DNA of 64,000 nucleotides from positions 4,914 through 68,913 of the IMG/VR virus record IMGVR_UViG_3300030329_005017; one strand, written 5' to 3'. Shown here piece by piece: positions 49,572 to 58,915 of this stretch (positions are counted from its first letter, which is position 1; every line of letters starts with the position of its first letter). The notes beneath the pieces were generated by a model. That model searched no databases and was not told the DNA's origin. It saw only the letters and a program-made list of their open reading frames with translations. Origin of the DNA: a virus. Position numbers and translations under genes: made by a program.

Positions 49572-49792
49572 TGCCTGAATACACTTGGGTATGTGACGGC
49601 TGCACTTATCATTTAATTGAGAGGATGAGCATAAAGGCATACGACCCTAAAAAGAAAAAGTATTGTCCAAACTGCGGCACAGTAGTGCGAAGAAAGATTG
49701 AACAAGTAGGTGTGAAATTTGGAAAAGGATTTTATAGAGATGGTTACGAGTCGGCTAAGAATGTAAGAACACAAACAGATGGAGACAGTTGA
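49571..49792 (+). CDS. FmdB-like zinc-ribbon protein
   Basis: MPEYTWVCDGC...CPNCG...FGKGFY. Confidence 0.75.
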   Translation: MPEYTWVCDGCTYHLIERMSIKAYDPKKKKYCPNCGTVVRRKIEQVGVKFGKGFYRDGYESAKNVRTQTDGDS

Positions 49793-51642
49793 TGGAACTA
49801 AGTCAAGAGATTTTATCAGAAGTTACAGTACATATGAAATACGCAAGATATCTACCTGAAGAACAACGTAGGGAAACTTGGGAAGAGCTTATTACTCGCA
49901 ACAAAGAAATGCATACTTCTAACTTTCCTCAGTTAGAATCGGATATAGAAAAAGCGTATAAGTTAGTTTATGATAAGAAAGTTTTACCTTCGATGAGATC
50001 TCTTCAGTTTGCTGGCGGTGCCATTTCTCAAACTCCAACACGTATTTATAATTGCGCTTATCTACCCATTGATGACTATCGTGCCTTTAGCGAAGTCATG
50101 TTTTTGTTATTAGGGGGAACTGGCGTAGGATATTCTGTTCAGAAGCATCATGTAGAAAAGTTACCAACTGTTCATAAGCCCACTAAGAAACGGCGATACT
50201 TAGTTGGGGATAGTATAGAGGGTTGGGCTGATTGTATTAAGATGCTGATGAAATGTTATTTTCTTGGAAAGCCTGAGCCAGTTTTTGATTTTAGAAGCAT
50301 CAGACCAAAAGGTGCGTTGTTAGTCACTAGTGGGGGTAAGGCGCCAGGACCAGAACCCCTTCGGGATTGTGTTCATAATATTCAAAGGATTTTTAACAGA
50401 AAGGAACACGGTGACCAACTTTCCACTTTGGAAGTACATGATATCGTCTGTTGGATTGCAGACGCAGTTTTATCTGGAGGCATCCGTAGATCTGCTACTA
50501 TTAGTTTGTTTTCCCTTGATGATCAAGAAATGCTTCAATGCAAGTTTGGAGACTGGTGGGAAACCGAACCCCAAAGAGCAAGAGCCAACAACTCCGCAGT
50601 CGTGGTGCGACATAGAGTTAAGAAGAAAGATTTTTTCAATATCTGGGAAAAAGTAAAAGCTAGTGGTGCCGGTGAGCCTGGCGTTTATTTTACTAATGAT
50701 TCAGAATGGGGCACTAACCCATGTGCAGAGATAGCACTAAGACCATTTCAGTTTTGTAATCTTTGCGAAGTAAATGTAAGCGACATAGAGACACAGCAAG
50801 AACTTAATGATAGAGTTTCTGCTGCATCTCTTATCGGAACCCTTCAAGCTTCTTATACCGACTTTCATTATCTGCGTGATGTATGGCGACGCACTACAGA
50901 GAAAGATGCATTGCTTGGTATTGGTATGACCGGTATTGGTAGTGGCCGAGTTCAACGGCTTGATTTGGAAGAAGCTGCTAACTTGGCAGTATCAACTAAC
51001 AAGTATTACGCAGGTGAGTTGGGTATCAATCCCGCTGCCAGAGTAACCACAGTGAAACCTAGTGGAACTACTTCTTGTGTGTTGGGAACTTCTAGTGGCG
51101 TTCATGCTTGGCATAATGACTATTATATTCGTAGAGTTCGTGTAGGTAAGAACGAAGCCATTTATAACTACCTCTCCATTCGTCATCCAGAGTTATTGGA
51201 AGATGATTTCTTCAAGCCCGAAACACAAGCAGTTATTTCTATTCCACAAAAAGCTCCTGGCGATGGCATTCTAAGACATGAAACATCTGTTGAACTTCTT
51301 GAAAGAGTGAGAGATATTTACAGCCGATGGATTGAGCCTGGTCACATTCAAGGAAACAATACTCACAATGTATCTTGTACTGTTTCAATTAGAGAAGATG
51401 AGTGGGAAAAGGTTGGTGAGTGGATGTGGAAAAATAAAACATTCTATAATGGTTTGAGTGTGTTGCCTTATGATGGTGGCACTTATACGCAAGCACCTTT
51501 TGAAGATATTGAGGCTGATAAGTTTGAAGAACTAAACGCACAATTGAAAGAGGTAGATGTATCACAAATCGTAGAAATCGCAGACAATACTGATTTGACG
51601 GGTGAGCTGGCCTGTGCGGGCTCGTCCTGCGAGGTCGTCTAA
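49789..51642 (+). CDS. nrdJ: Class II (B12-dependent) ribonucleotide reductase
   Basis: PSMRSL, NCAY, GGIRRSA, TNPCAEI, CNLCE, TVKPSGT, C-terminal ACAGSSC. Confidence 0.93.
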   Translation: MMELSQEILSEVTVHMKYARYLPEEQRRETWEELITRNKEMHTSNFPQLESDIEKAYKLVYDKKVLPSMRSLQFAGGAISQTPTRIYNCAYLPIDDYRAFSEVMFLLLGGTGVGYSVQKHHVEKLPTVHKPTKKRRYLVGDSIEGWADCIKMLMKCYFLGKPEPVFDFRSIRPKGALLVTSGGKAPGPEPLRDCVHNIQRIFNRKEHGDQLSTLEVHDIVCWIADAVLSGGIRRSATISLFSLDDQEMLQCKFGDWWETEPQRARANNSAVVVRHRVKKKDFFNIWEKVKASGAGEPGVYFTNDSEWGTNPCAEIALRPFQFCNLCEVNVSDIETQQELNDRVSAASLIGTLQASYTDFHYLRDVWRRTTEKDALLGIGMTGIGSGRVQRLDLEEAANLAVSTNKYYAGELGINPAARVTTVKPSGTTSCVLGTSSGVHAWHNDYYIRRVRVGKNEAIYNYLSIRHPELLEDDFFKPETQAVISIPQKAPGDGILRHETSVELLERVRDIYSRWIEPGHIQGNNTHNVSCTVSIREDEWEKVGEWMWKNKTFYNGLSVLPYDGGTYTQAPFEDIEADKFEELNAQLKEVDVSQIVEIADNTDLTGELACAGSSCEVV

Positions 51643-51650
51643 AAAAGTGC

Positions 51651-51679
51651 TTGACTAATAGAGAGATAATGCTTATATT
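51651..51679 (+). promoter_or_regulatory. sigma70-type promoter
   Basis: TTGACT-17 nt-TATATT. Confidence 0.7.
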
Positions 51680-51709
51680 AGTATTACAAGTTTAGAAAAG
51701 GAGATAACA

Positions 51710-52144
51710 TTGTCGAGAGTAAGTAACATTATCAAAACAGCAGAGCGTAAAACAGAAACCAATGGTAAGTATGAGAGGGACTTGCTTCCGGAACGACAAA
51801 GGTTGGAAAAGTATCTGGAACGCGAAGAAGAAGAGAAATTGAAAGATGAGGCACAAAAGCAGCATGAGCGATATCGCCGTAAGCAAAAGAGCGTCGGTGG
51901 TGCTGATCTTACATCTCTGATAAAGCCAGCTAAAACTACGGAACGAAAACCAGGCACCTATTTCTATGGAACTTTGTCAAAGCTTGGTGCTGACTTTGAT
52001 AATGATATTGTGATGATGGAGAAGCATTTTACATTGGGGCAAAGTGCTAAATATAGGCCGTGTAGTGCGTCAAATCGCATTTATTGTGTTGCCACAGGAG
52101 ATGTGCTCTATGATTGTGGTACAGGAGAAAGTTTTGAAAAATAA
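51710..52144 (+). CDS. Hypothetical protein
   Basis: TTG start with AAGGAG RBS, downstream of its own promoter. Confidence 0.6.
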   Translation: MSRVSNIIKTAERKTETNGKYERDLLPERQRLEKYLEREEEEKLKDEAQKQHERYRRKQKSVGGADLTSLIKPAKTTERKPGTYFYGTLSKLGADFDNDIVMMEKHFTLGQSAKYRPCSASNRIYCVATGDVLYDCGTGESFEK

Positions 52145-52147
52145 TCC

Positions 52148-52176
52148 TTGACAAAATAGAAATGTTTTCGTATATT
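52148..52176 (+). promoter_or_regulatory. sigma70-type promoter
   Basis: TTGACA-17 nt-TATATT. Confidence 0.75.
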
Positions 52177-52202
52177 ATATAAACATTCAAAGGAGGCTTA
52201 TT

Positions 52203-52688
52203 ATCAATATTTTCTTTTTAGATAACCATCCCCAACGGGCTGCCGAACAAATGTGTGACAAGCACGTTGTGAAAATGATTCTTGAATCAGCACAAATGCT
52301 TTCTACAGCCCACCGTATTCTTGACAAGTCTGACAATGACTTGCTCTACAAAGCATCTTACAAAAACCATCCTTCTACTATTTGGGCTCGCTCTGGGCAC
52401 CTAAACTATATGTGGCTTTACTCCCACTTCATTGCTTTAGGTCGTGAGTATGAGCGGCGTTATGGAAAGGTTCACACAAGCATTAGTAAGCTATCTGAAG
52501 CTCTCCGACACGCACCAAGGAGCATAGCCAATCGTCCCTTTTCACCACCGCCTCAATGTATGCCGCCCGATTATCAACAAGAAGATACAGTAGCGGCGTA
52601 TCGTATGTATTACAAATGTGACAAGGCTGAGTTCGCCAAATGGAAAGAGCCAGCAGTTATACCCAAATGGTTTATGGAACCTGTTTAA
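52203..52688 (+). CDS. Pyrimidine-dimer DNA glycosylase-like (DenV/Pyr_excise family) protein
   Basis: (I)NIFFLD...CDKHVVKMILESAQMLSTAH, NHPSTIWAR, PQCMP, AYRMYY. The conserved start position is an ATC codon behind AGGAGG. Confidence 0.8.
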   Translation: MNIFFLDNHPQRAAEQMCDKHVVKMILESAQMLSTAHRILDKSDNDLLYKASYKNHPSTIWARSGHLNYMWLYSHFIALGREYERRYGKVHTSISKLSEALRHAPRSIANRPFSPPPQCMPPDYQQEDTVAAYRMYYKCDKAEFAKWKEPAVIPKWFMEPV

Positions 52689-52716
52689 TTTATTATGATA
52701 GATAAAAGGAAACTAA

Positions 52717-55700
52717 ATGTCTAAAGTAGATACATTTACACACTTACATCTTCACACAACTTATTCAATGTTGGACGGTGTTGGAACTGCGAAGGACTAT
52801 GCTGCTCGTTGTAAGGAGTTAGGTATGCAGGCAGCCGCAGTAACAGATCACGGAACTATGGCAGGACTTTTTGAGTTCTACAACGAAATGACTAAGGTTG
52901 GCGTAAAACCTATTTTAGGCAACGAAATGTATTGTGTTGAGGATATGCATCAGCGTGGGCTAACAGATGAAGAGAAAGACGGGCTGACAGCAACTGAGGT
53001 AAGAGAAAAGAATAAGTTGAGGTTGAGGTCACCACATCTTCTGCTATTAGCTGAGAATGATATTGGGTTGAGAAACCTATTTCGTTTGAATTATTATGCG
53101 AATACAGAAGGTTACTATGGTAAGCCGAGAATAGATCTCGATCTGTTGGAGAAACATTCTGAAGGAATTATTGCTACAACAACTTGCGTTATTAGCAATA
53201 TGGCGAGGTATTTACAAGCAAAACAAACTGACAAAATGACAGCTTGGTTTGACAGAATGTTGGAAATCTTTGGTGAAGATAATCTTTTTATTGAGTTACA
53301 TCCGCATGACTTGGATATACAAAAAGATTATAATGTAGCATTGATAGAGTTGTTTCGTAAGAAGTATGAGAATGTGAAATGTGTATTAGCTAATGATGTT
53401 CATGTTGTTTTGAAAGAGCATGACAAAGTGCATGATTTCCTTTGGAATATTTCAACAGATGGTAAGTTTGATGAGGCAGGTGTGCATACTCTTTATCTTG
53501 CTAGCGAAGAAGAGATGCGAGGGTTGTGGTATGATAATGGTTATGGCGACCTTATTGCTGATGAGTATCTAGAAGAAGCTATCGAAAGCACCAAACACAT
53601 TGCTTCAAGGTGTAATGCTAAACTTGACATGGAAACCTTGAAGGAGCCTAAGTTTGAAACGCCTGATGGTTTTGCGGATAACAGAGAATACATAGTTCAT
53701 CAGTTGAAGAAGGGAATGCAAGAGAAGTTAGAGGCAGGGCAAATAAAAGAAGAAGACATTCCCGAATATACAACAGCATTGAAGAAAGAGTTAGACCTTG
53801 TAGCGGATAAGGGATACATAGACTATTTCCTTATCACACAAGACTTTTGTAAGTTTGCTTATGATAATGACATTCTAATGTCGCCTGGAAGAGGTAGTGC
53901 GAGTGGAGCGTTATTGTGTTGGCTGTTAGGCATAACTCATTTGAATCCTATAAAGTATAACCTCTTCTTTGAGAGGTTTATGAACCCAACAAGAATCAAG
54001 GAGCCTGACATTGATAACGACTTTTCGGACAAAGATAGAGAAAAGGTTAAAGAGTATGTCGCGAGTAAATGGGGTGATGCTAACATTGCTTCTGTTTGTG
54101 CTTATGCCCGTTACTCCGTTAATACTTTGTTTCGTGATTTGGCGAAGCATAAAGGGTTACCGTTCCAAGAATCAAATAAGATCGCCAAAACCATTTCGGG
54201 GCACATCTCTCTGAATAAAGACATGGCATCGTTCAGTGAAATAATGAATGAGAAGCCAGAGGTAAGAAAGTTTGTTCAAGAGATGGATAAGGATGAAGCT
54301 ACGGACTTTGTGCAAACCATTGATGTGTTGAATGGAAATGCGCGAAACCAAACCATTGCTGCAGGCGGTGTTATTATCTCATCTAGTCCATTGTATGATA
54401 TGATGCCATTGAGAAAGACCAAGGATGATGTATTGGTTACAGAATGGCAGATAGATGAACTGGCAAAGATGAAGTTTCTTAAGATTGATATGTTGGGTAT
54501 TTCTACTTTGTCGGTGTTGAAGGATGTGATGGATAAGGTAGGAATGAACATTGCTGACTTGTATAATATGCCGTTGGATAGAGAAGCACTATCTGAAGAA
54601 GAACAGGTTTATTATGATAAGGCGTTTCAGTTATTGTGTGAAGGTCAAACCTTTGGTGTGTTTCAGTTTGCAGGCTCAAACATTACGAGAGTGTTGCAGC
54701 AATCTAAACCAAAAACTATTGAAGACATCGCAGCTGTAAATGCCATCTATCGTCCTGGCGTTATCAAGATGGGTGCGTTGGATGCTTTTATTCGCCGTAA
54801 GAATGGTCAAGAAGATCCGACCAATGACCATCACCCAATGTTTGAAGAGATACTAGAACCGACTCAAGGTATTATGATTTACCAAGAGCAGTTTATTCAA
54901 ATGTTCAGTATGTTGGGTTTGAGTTTTGGTGAAGGTGACATTCTTCGTAAGACAGCCGAGTCATTGGATAAGAAGAAGTGTAATGCTTATTTAGAAGAAC
55001 ACTTGTATAGTAGCCCAGAAAAACTCATTCTATCATTAGAGGAAACCAAAAAGGTTGCTGATAAGTTGATAGAAAACGCAGGCTATCTATTCAATAAGTC
55101 ACACGCTATTAGTTATAGTATCTTGGCGTATTGGACTAGTTACTTCAAGGCAAAGTATCCGGCAGAGTTTATTGAGGTGTTGTGCAACCATTCTGCTGAT
55201 GACCATGATGAAGTAGCACTATGTCTTTCGATGGCTCGCGACTTGTTGGATAACCCAGAAGTTACGTTGGGTAACATCAATAACTTCTCTTTGGACTTCA
55301 AGGTCACCAAGGATGAGTTCATGGTAGGGTTGTTGGGAGTAAAAGGTCTGGGCAAAACTGTATTGAATAAGATAAAGAATCACATGCCAAGTGCAGGTGG
55401 TTGGCTTGACTATACAGAGTTTTTACAAGATAACTTTCAACATAAGATGATTTCAGCAAATGATTTGAAAATGTTGATCACATTAGGGTTGTTTGATGGA
55501 CTTGTTTTCTGTGGGAGAGAGTATACTAGAAAGGCATTGGTTGACATTACGGACATCTATTATAACTTGTTCAACCTACCAAAGAGAGACTTGAAGAAGG
55601 TTTGTGAGAAAGTGTTTGATGATGATAGTCTAACCTTTAAAGATTTGGTTCGCAGTGATAGACTTGAATCATTGATAAAGGTATTCAATATTAATACAGA

Positions 55701-56115
55701 AGAAGAGTATGGCGAAGTTGAGGTAATCACTAATGAGTTGGAGTATGTAGGTTTTAGAGTTACGGAAAACAGAGAAAGATGGGAGCACATGACTTCTGTT
55801 GTAAAAGACATGGGACTTCCTCACATTTCTGATTTTGATGATGACGCTGAAAGCCATGACCATGTATGGTTGACAGTAAGAACTGTAGAAATGTTAAAGA
55901 CAAAGAAGGGTAAGCCATATGCAAATGTGAGAGCGGATGATGGTAGTAGTTTTAGAGTGTGGCATAATAAGCTACAGTATCATACAGACGATTTGATTCC
56001 GGGTAAAGTTTTAATTGTCAAGTTGAATGCTGATACCTTTGGGCGAAGTATAGCTTGGGATCGTGGCGCTCTTGTGGGTGAAGAAAAGATATTAGAGCTA
56101 CGACAACAGTTATAG
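52717..56115 (+). CDS. dnaE: DNA polymerase III alpha subunit (family C)
   Basis: HLHLHTTYSMLDG, TDHG, GRGSASG, FERFMNP, PDIDNDF, KIDMLG, YRPG, YLFNKSHA. Confidence 0.96.
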   Translation: MSKVDTFTHLHLHTTYSMLDGVGTAKDYAARCKELGMQAAAVTDHGTMAGLFEFYNEMTKVGVKPILGNEMYCVEDMHQRGLTDEEKDGLTATEVREKNKLRLRSPHLLLLAENDIGLRNLFRLNYYANTEGYYGKPRIDLDLLEKHSEGIIATTTCVISNMARYLQAKQTDKMTAWFDRMLEIFGEDNLFIELHPHDLDIQKDYNVALIELFRKKYENVKCVLANDVHVVLKEHDKVHDFLWNISTDGKFDEAGVHTLYLASEEEMRGLWYDNGYGDLIADEYLEEAIESTKHIASRCNAKLDMETLKEPKFETPDGFADNREYIVHQLKKGMQEKLEAGQIKEEDIPEYTTALKKELDLVADKGYIDYFLITQDFCKFAYDNDILMSPGRGSASGALLCWLLGITHLNPIKYNLFFERFMNPTRIKEPDIDNDFSDKDREKVKEYVASKWGDANIASVCAYARYSVNTLFRDLAKHKGLPFQESNKIAKTISGHISLNKDMASFSEIMNEKPEVRKFVQEMDKDEATDFVQTIDVLNGNARNQTIAAGGVIISSSPLYDMMPLRKTKDDVLVTEWQIDELAKMKFLKIDMLGISTLSVLKDVMDKVGMNIADLYNMPLDREALSEEEQVYYDKAFQLLCEGQTFGVFQFAGSNITRVLQQSKPKTIEDIAAVNAIYRPGVIKMGALDAFIRRKNGQEDPTNDHHPMFEEILEPTQGIMIYQEQFIQMFSMLGLSFGEGDILRKTAESLDKKKCNAYLEEHLYSSPEKLILSLEETKKVADKLIENAGYLFNKSHAISYSILAYWTSYFKAKYPAEFIEVLCNHSADDHDEVALCLSMARDLLDNPEVTLGNINNFSLDFKVTKDEFMVGLLGVKGLGKTVLNKIKNHMPSAGGWLDYTEFLQDNFQHKMISANDLKMLITLGLFDGLVFCGREYTRKALVDITDIYYNLFNLPKRDLKKVCEKVFDDDSLTFKDLVRSDRLESLIKVFNINTEEEYGEVEVITNELEYVGFRVTENRERWEHMTSVVKDMGLPHISDFDDDAESHDHVWLTVRTVEMLKTKKGKPYANVRADDGSSFRVWHNKLQYHTDDLIPGKVLIVKLNADTFGRSIAWDRGALVGEEKILELRQQL

Positions 56116-56141
56116 GTTGATATTTATTTGGGAGAGTGTAG

Positions 56142-56726
56142 ATGAAAATTGATTCGCGCAAGTGGACTAGTGAGCACATAGAAAGTAATGTTGGTAAACT
56201 TGGTGCGCAAATTATTGTCAATGAGCTTATTAAGAATGAATGGAAGATGTGGTTTATTGGAAACACTACTGGCAATTCTTTATATACAGTAGATTTGTCA
56301 AGTGGAGAGAAGGTTATTGTTGGGTTCACTGATGAGAATGTTGCTGCCAACTATGTGAATAAAAAAGAGATTAGAAAAGGACTGGTCAAGAACTTTGGTA
56401 AAAAGTTGGTATTGGTTCAGTTTTCTATTCTTAAAATAACTGAGATAATGCAACACAATATGCAAGTGGTTAATAAAGTAGGACCGGGATTATTGTCTCA
56501 AAGTTTAGCTCCTTCTCCTATTAATACCTTGATTGTCAATCCGTCTGGTGCTGATTCTTTTATTCCACTTCATGCACCATTATTGGCAGGCAAACTTTTA
56601 GAGGAAGGATATATAGAGAAAGATAGTTTGGGAGAAGAGCCAGTCTTTTCTTTATATGAACTAGATAAAGAAGATGATAGATATTATCCGGCAGATGAAG
56701 AGGATGAAGAGATAGAAATACCATAA
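56142..56726 (+). CDS. Hypothetical protein, SseB-N-like
   Basis: GEKVIVGFTDE...LIVNPSG pattern. Confidence 0.45.
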   Translation: MKIDSRKWTSEHIESNVGKLGAQIIVNELIKNEWKMWFIGNTTGNSLYTVDLSSGEKVIVGFTDENVAANYVNKKEIRKGLVKNFGKKLVLVQFSILKITEIMQHNMQVVNKVGPGLLSQSLAPSPINTLIVNPSGADSFIPLHAPLLAGKLLEEGYIEKDSLGEEPVFSLYELDKEDDRYYPADEEDEEIEIP

Positions 56727-56730
56727 ATAA

Positions 56731-56822
56731 ACGGGGCTATTCAAACAAGCATCAAGCAGTTGGTATCTCCCATAAAGGTTTTTCGCCAACACTATTATGC
56801 AAATGCTCTTGAATAGCCCCGT
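56731..56822. ncRNA. Intergenic 92-nt long hairpin, putative structured RNA or processing site
   Basis: Perfect 14-bp inverted repeat ACGGGGCTATTCAA/TTGAATAGCCCCGT enclosing nested stems AGCAT/ATGCT, GCA/TGC and GTTGG/CCAAC. Confidence 0.55.
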
Positions 56823-56839
56823 CATTATAAGAAAGGGTT

Positions 56840-57220
56840 ATGATGACAGAACAAGAAGAAACAATTCTAGACGTAGATGAAAAAGAACTTGCAGTTCGCC
56901 TAGATCTTTTACGTGGCAAGCTACTGGAAGCATCTAAGGCATTAAGGGCGCAGGTTCCTAGCACCTTACCTGATCAAGCTCTTACGGAAAATGGATTCTT
57001 TAAGCAGTGGGTTATATGCAATACGGTTTATGATTCATCTTTAAAAGACACAAACAATGAAGATTTTAATAGAATGTTGTATTATATGTTTGAAGAAAAC
57101 GGCGGCAATGTTGCCAGGCTTCTTAATCAATATGACTTAAAGGTAGATCTTAATAGTGCAGGACAGTTAGAAAACATTGAGCTTATAATACTGGAGACGG
57201 AGATAACCGATGCGGAGTAA
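56840..57220 (+). CDS. Hypothetical protein
   Basis: 126-aa ORF with AAAGGG RBS. Confidence 0.55.
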   Translation: MMTEQEETILDVDEKELAVRLDLLRGKLLEASKALRAQVPSTLPDQALTENGFFKQWVICNTVYDSSLKDTNNEDFNRMLYYMFEENGGNVARLLNQYDLKVDLNSAGQLENIELIILETEITDAE

Positions 57221-57611
57221 GGATGTTCCAACAAATATTGATGAAGTGTTATCATTGCTGGGTGAAATAGATATTATTAAAAGTGCGATGGGTAGCTTTG
57301 ATAAGTCTGTTAATATTGCATTAGCCAGTGATGAAGTTTCTGATATGATTGGACCCCAAGGTCATTTTTATATTTTAAAGAAAATGGAAATGGTTCAAGC
57401 TGCGGTATTTTCGTTGAACGTAGAGTTGCTAAGCATAGCTGAGAAGCTTGCTGGTGATGCTGTGGAAGAAGAAGTAGAAAAAATGGAAGAGCAGTTTGAA
57501 GAACCAAAACCTGTTAAAAAATTAAATAAGCAGGGGCAACAAAACCCACTAGTTAATAATGTTTTGGATTATCTTAATGAAAGGTTAACAACAGATGACG
57601 GAGAAGAGTGA
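57210..57611 (+). CDS. Hypothetical protein
   Basis: 133-aa helical ORF with GGAG RBS. Confidence 0.55.
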   Translation: MRSKDVPTNIDEVLSLLGEIDIIKSAMGSFDKSVNIALASDEVSDMIGPQGHFYILKKMEMVQAAVFSLNVELLSIAEKLAGDAVEEEVEKMEEQFEEPKPVKKLNKQGQQNPLVNNVLDYLNERLTTDDGEE

Positions 57612-57846
57612 AGGTAATATTTTAACAGCTCAGCAAATACAAATGGCGGAAAACGCAGAACCGCATGAAGTATTGTTTGCCATTCATAAGAGAGTTGTTG
57701 ATACTGAAAAGCTGATGAGGGATTATCGCACCCTAACGCAAAATCTCATGATTGATATTGAGATGATGAAAGAAAGAATAAAAAAGTTAGAAAATGAAAA
57801 TGAAGAGCGTTTTGGTTTTAATCTAGTGCCCGAAGAAGGAGATTAG
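57595..57846 (+). CDS. Hypothetical coiled-coil protein
   Basis: 83-aa ORF in a tight gene run. Confidence 0.55.
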   Translation: MTEKSEGNILTAQQIQMAENAEPHEVLFAIHKRVVDTEKLMRDYRTLTQNLMIDIEMMKERIKKLENENEERFGFNLVPEEGD

Positions 57847-57848
57847 AT

Positions 57849-58076
57849 ATGCCACTAACCAAGCAAGAGAGCATTGGTTTGGGAGTTGGAGTTTTAAACA
57901 TTTGGAGCGATTATGTGGATGCTCATTCTATGCATCAACTTGACTTGGTGATGGGTCAATACGTAGATGACAATGTTATTGCCTATATAAGAAAAGAAGA
58001 AAGTGATATCGGAATCCGAGTAGTTAAGATAGAGGACTTCAAATGCCTAAGAAAAGGTATAACAAAAATAGCATAA
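57849..58076 (+). CDS. Hypothetical protein
   Basis: 75 aa, AAGGAG RBS. Confidence 0.5.
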   Translation: MPLTKQESIGLGVGVLNIWSDYVDAHSMHQLDLVMGQYVDDNVIAYIRKEESDIGIRVVKIEDFKCLRKGITKIA

Positions 58077-58480
58077 AGAAAATGAAGGAGAAGCTAAGAG
58101 GGGCTCAGAAGCACGCGCCTCGTAGTCGCTCTAACCGTCCTATGAGCAATTTAGAGCAGCTCGTCGCTGATATGTTAGACGGGTTAGGTATAGAGTATGA
58201 GCGCGAAAAGCCTCTGCCTTTTCAGAACGGATATAAATACTATGACTTTCATCTGGTAGAGTATGGAGTGCTGATAGAAGTTGATGGAAGTTACTGGCAT
58301 TCTTCGCAAGGCAAACCAAGTTATGTTATTATGATGGCGAAGAAAAACGATATGATAAAGAATTGGATGGCTAAGAAGGAAGGTTATAAACTAATTAGAA
58401 TTAAAGAAAAACAGCTCATGGAAGAGTATGATACGGTAGTAGAAAATGTTTCCCTAGCAGTTGGAAATGATTGCCGTTGA
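58043..58480 (+). CDS. DUF559/Vsr-like endonuclease
   Basis: SNLE...YDF...LIEVDGSYWH...GYKLIRI. Confidence 0.8.
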   Translation: MPKKRYNKNSIKKMKEKLRGAQKHAPRSRSNRPMSNLEQLVADMLDGLGIEYEREKPLPFQNGYKYYDFHLVEYGVLIEVDGSYWHSSQGKPSYVIMMAKKNDMIKNWMAKKEGYKLIRIKEKQLMEEYDTVVENVSLAVGNDCR

Positions 58481-58545
58481 ACAGTAGCATTGGAAATAAC
58501 CCCTTCTGATATTTGTAGTATATAGTATCACGAAGGAGAAGCAAA

Positions 58546-58914
58546 ATGGAAGCAGAGCATATAGAAAGGGTTATAGAAAACAATGTAAGTGTTTTGCTGG
58601 GCGAATATGGATGGATGTTTTTAGCAGGACTAGCAGTATTATTTTTTAAAACCACTATTGAATCAACAATTGCGGGTCTAATAATTTTTATTGGAAATGA
58701 TTATAATAATGATGACATTATTATTTTAGATGGTCGACCGGGCCGTATAGTAAGAGTATCAATGTGGAAGACAACTTTTTATCTTTATAACATACAGGAG
58801 TCAAATGGTAAGAAACACATAACAAGTGGAACTAAGCTTATTGTGGAGAATGATAAGTTGAAGGATATGAAGATAGAGAAACCATTAGATAACTTTAACC
58901 TAGAGATAATGTAA
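58546..58914 (+). CDS. Small membrane protein with MscS-like TM and beta domain
   Basis: FFKTTIESTIAGLIIF...YNNDDIIILDGRPGRIVRVSMWKTT resembles the MscS TM3 and beta-domain. Confidence 0.6.
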   Translation: MEAEHIERVIENNVSVLLGEYGWMFLAGLAVLFFKTTIESTIAGLIIFIGNDYNNDDIIILDGRPGRIVRVSMWKTTFYLYNIQESNGKKHITSGTKLIVENDKLKDMKIEKPLDNFNLEIM

Positions 58915-58915
58915 T

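Noticed and set aside
44969-56115. Inteins or introns in RecA, helicase, NrdJ or DnaE
   Set aside because: Lengths are normal, the ORFs are uninterrupted, and no C...HN splice junctions or LAGLIDADG motifs were seen.
11594-56127. TATTTAT(A) as a late-promoter motif (11594, 11612, 40752, 46460, 56121)
   Set aside because: Plausible given the gp55-like sigma, but too common in AT-rich DNA to support without enrichment statistics.
56731-56822. tRNA-Ala or tmRNA, because of the GGGGCTAT start
   Set aside because: There is no D-arm, TTCGA T-loop or CCA end. It folds as a rod, not a cloverleaf.
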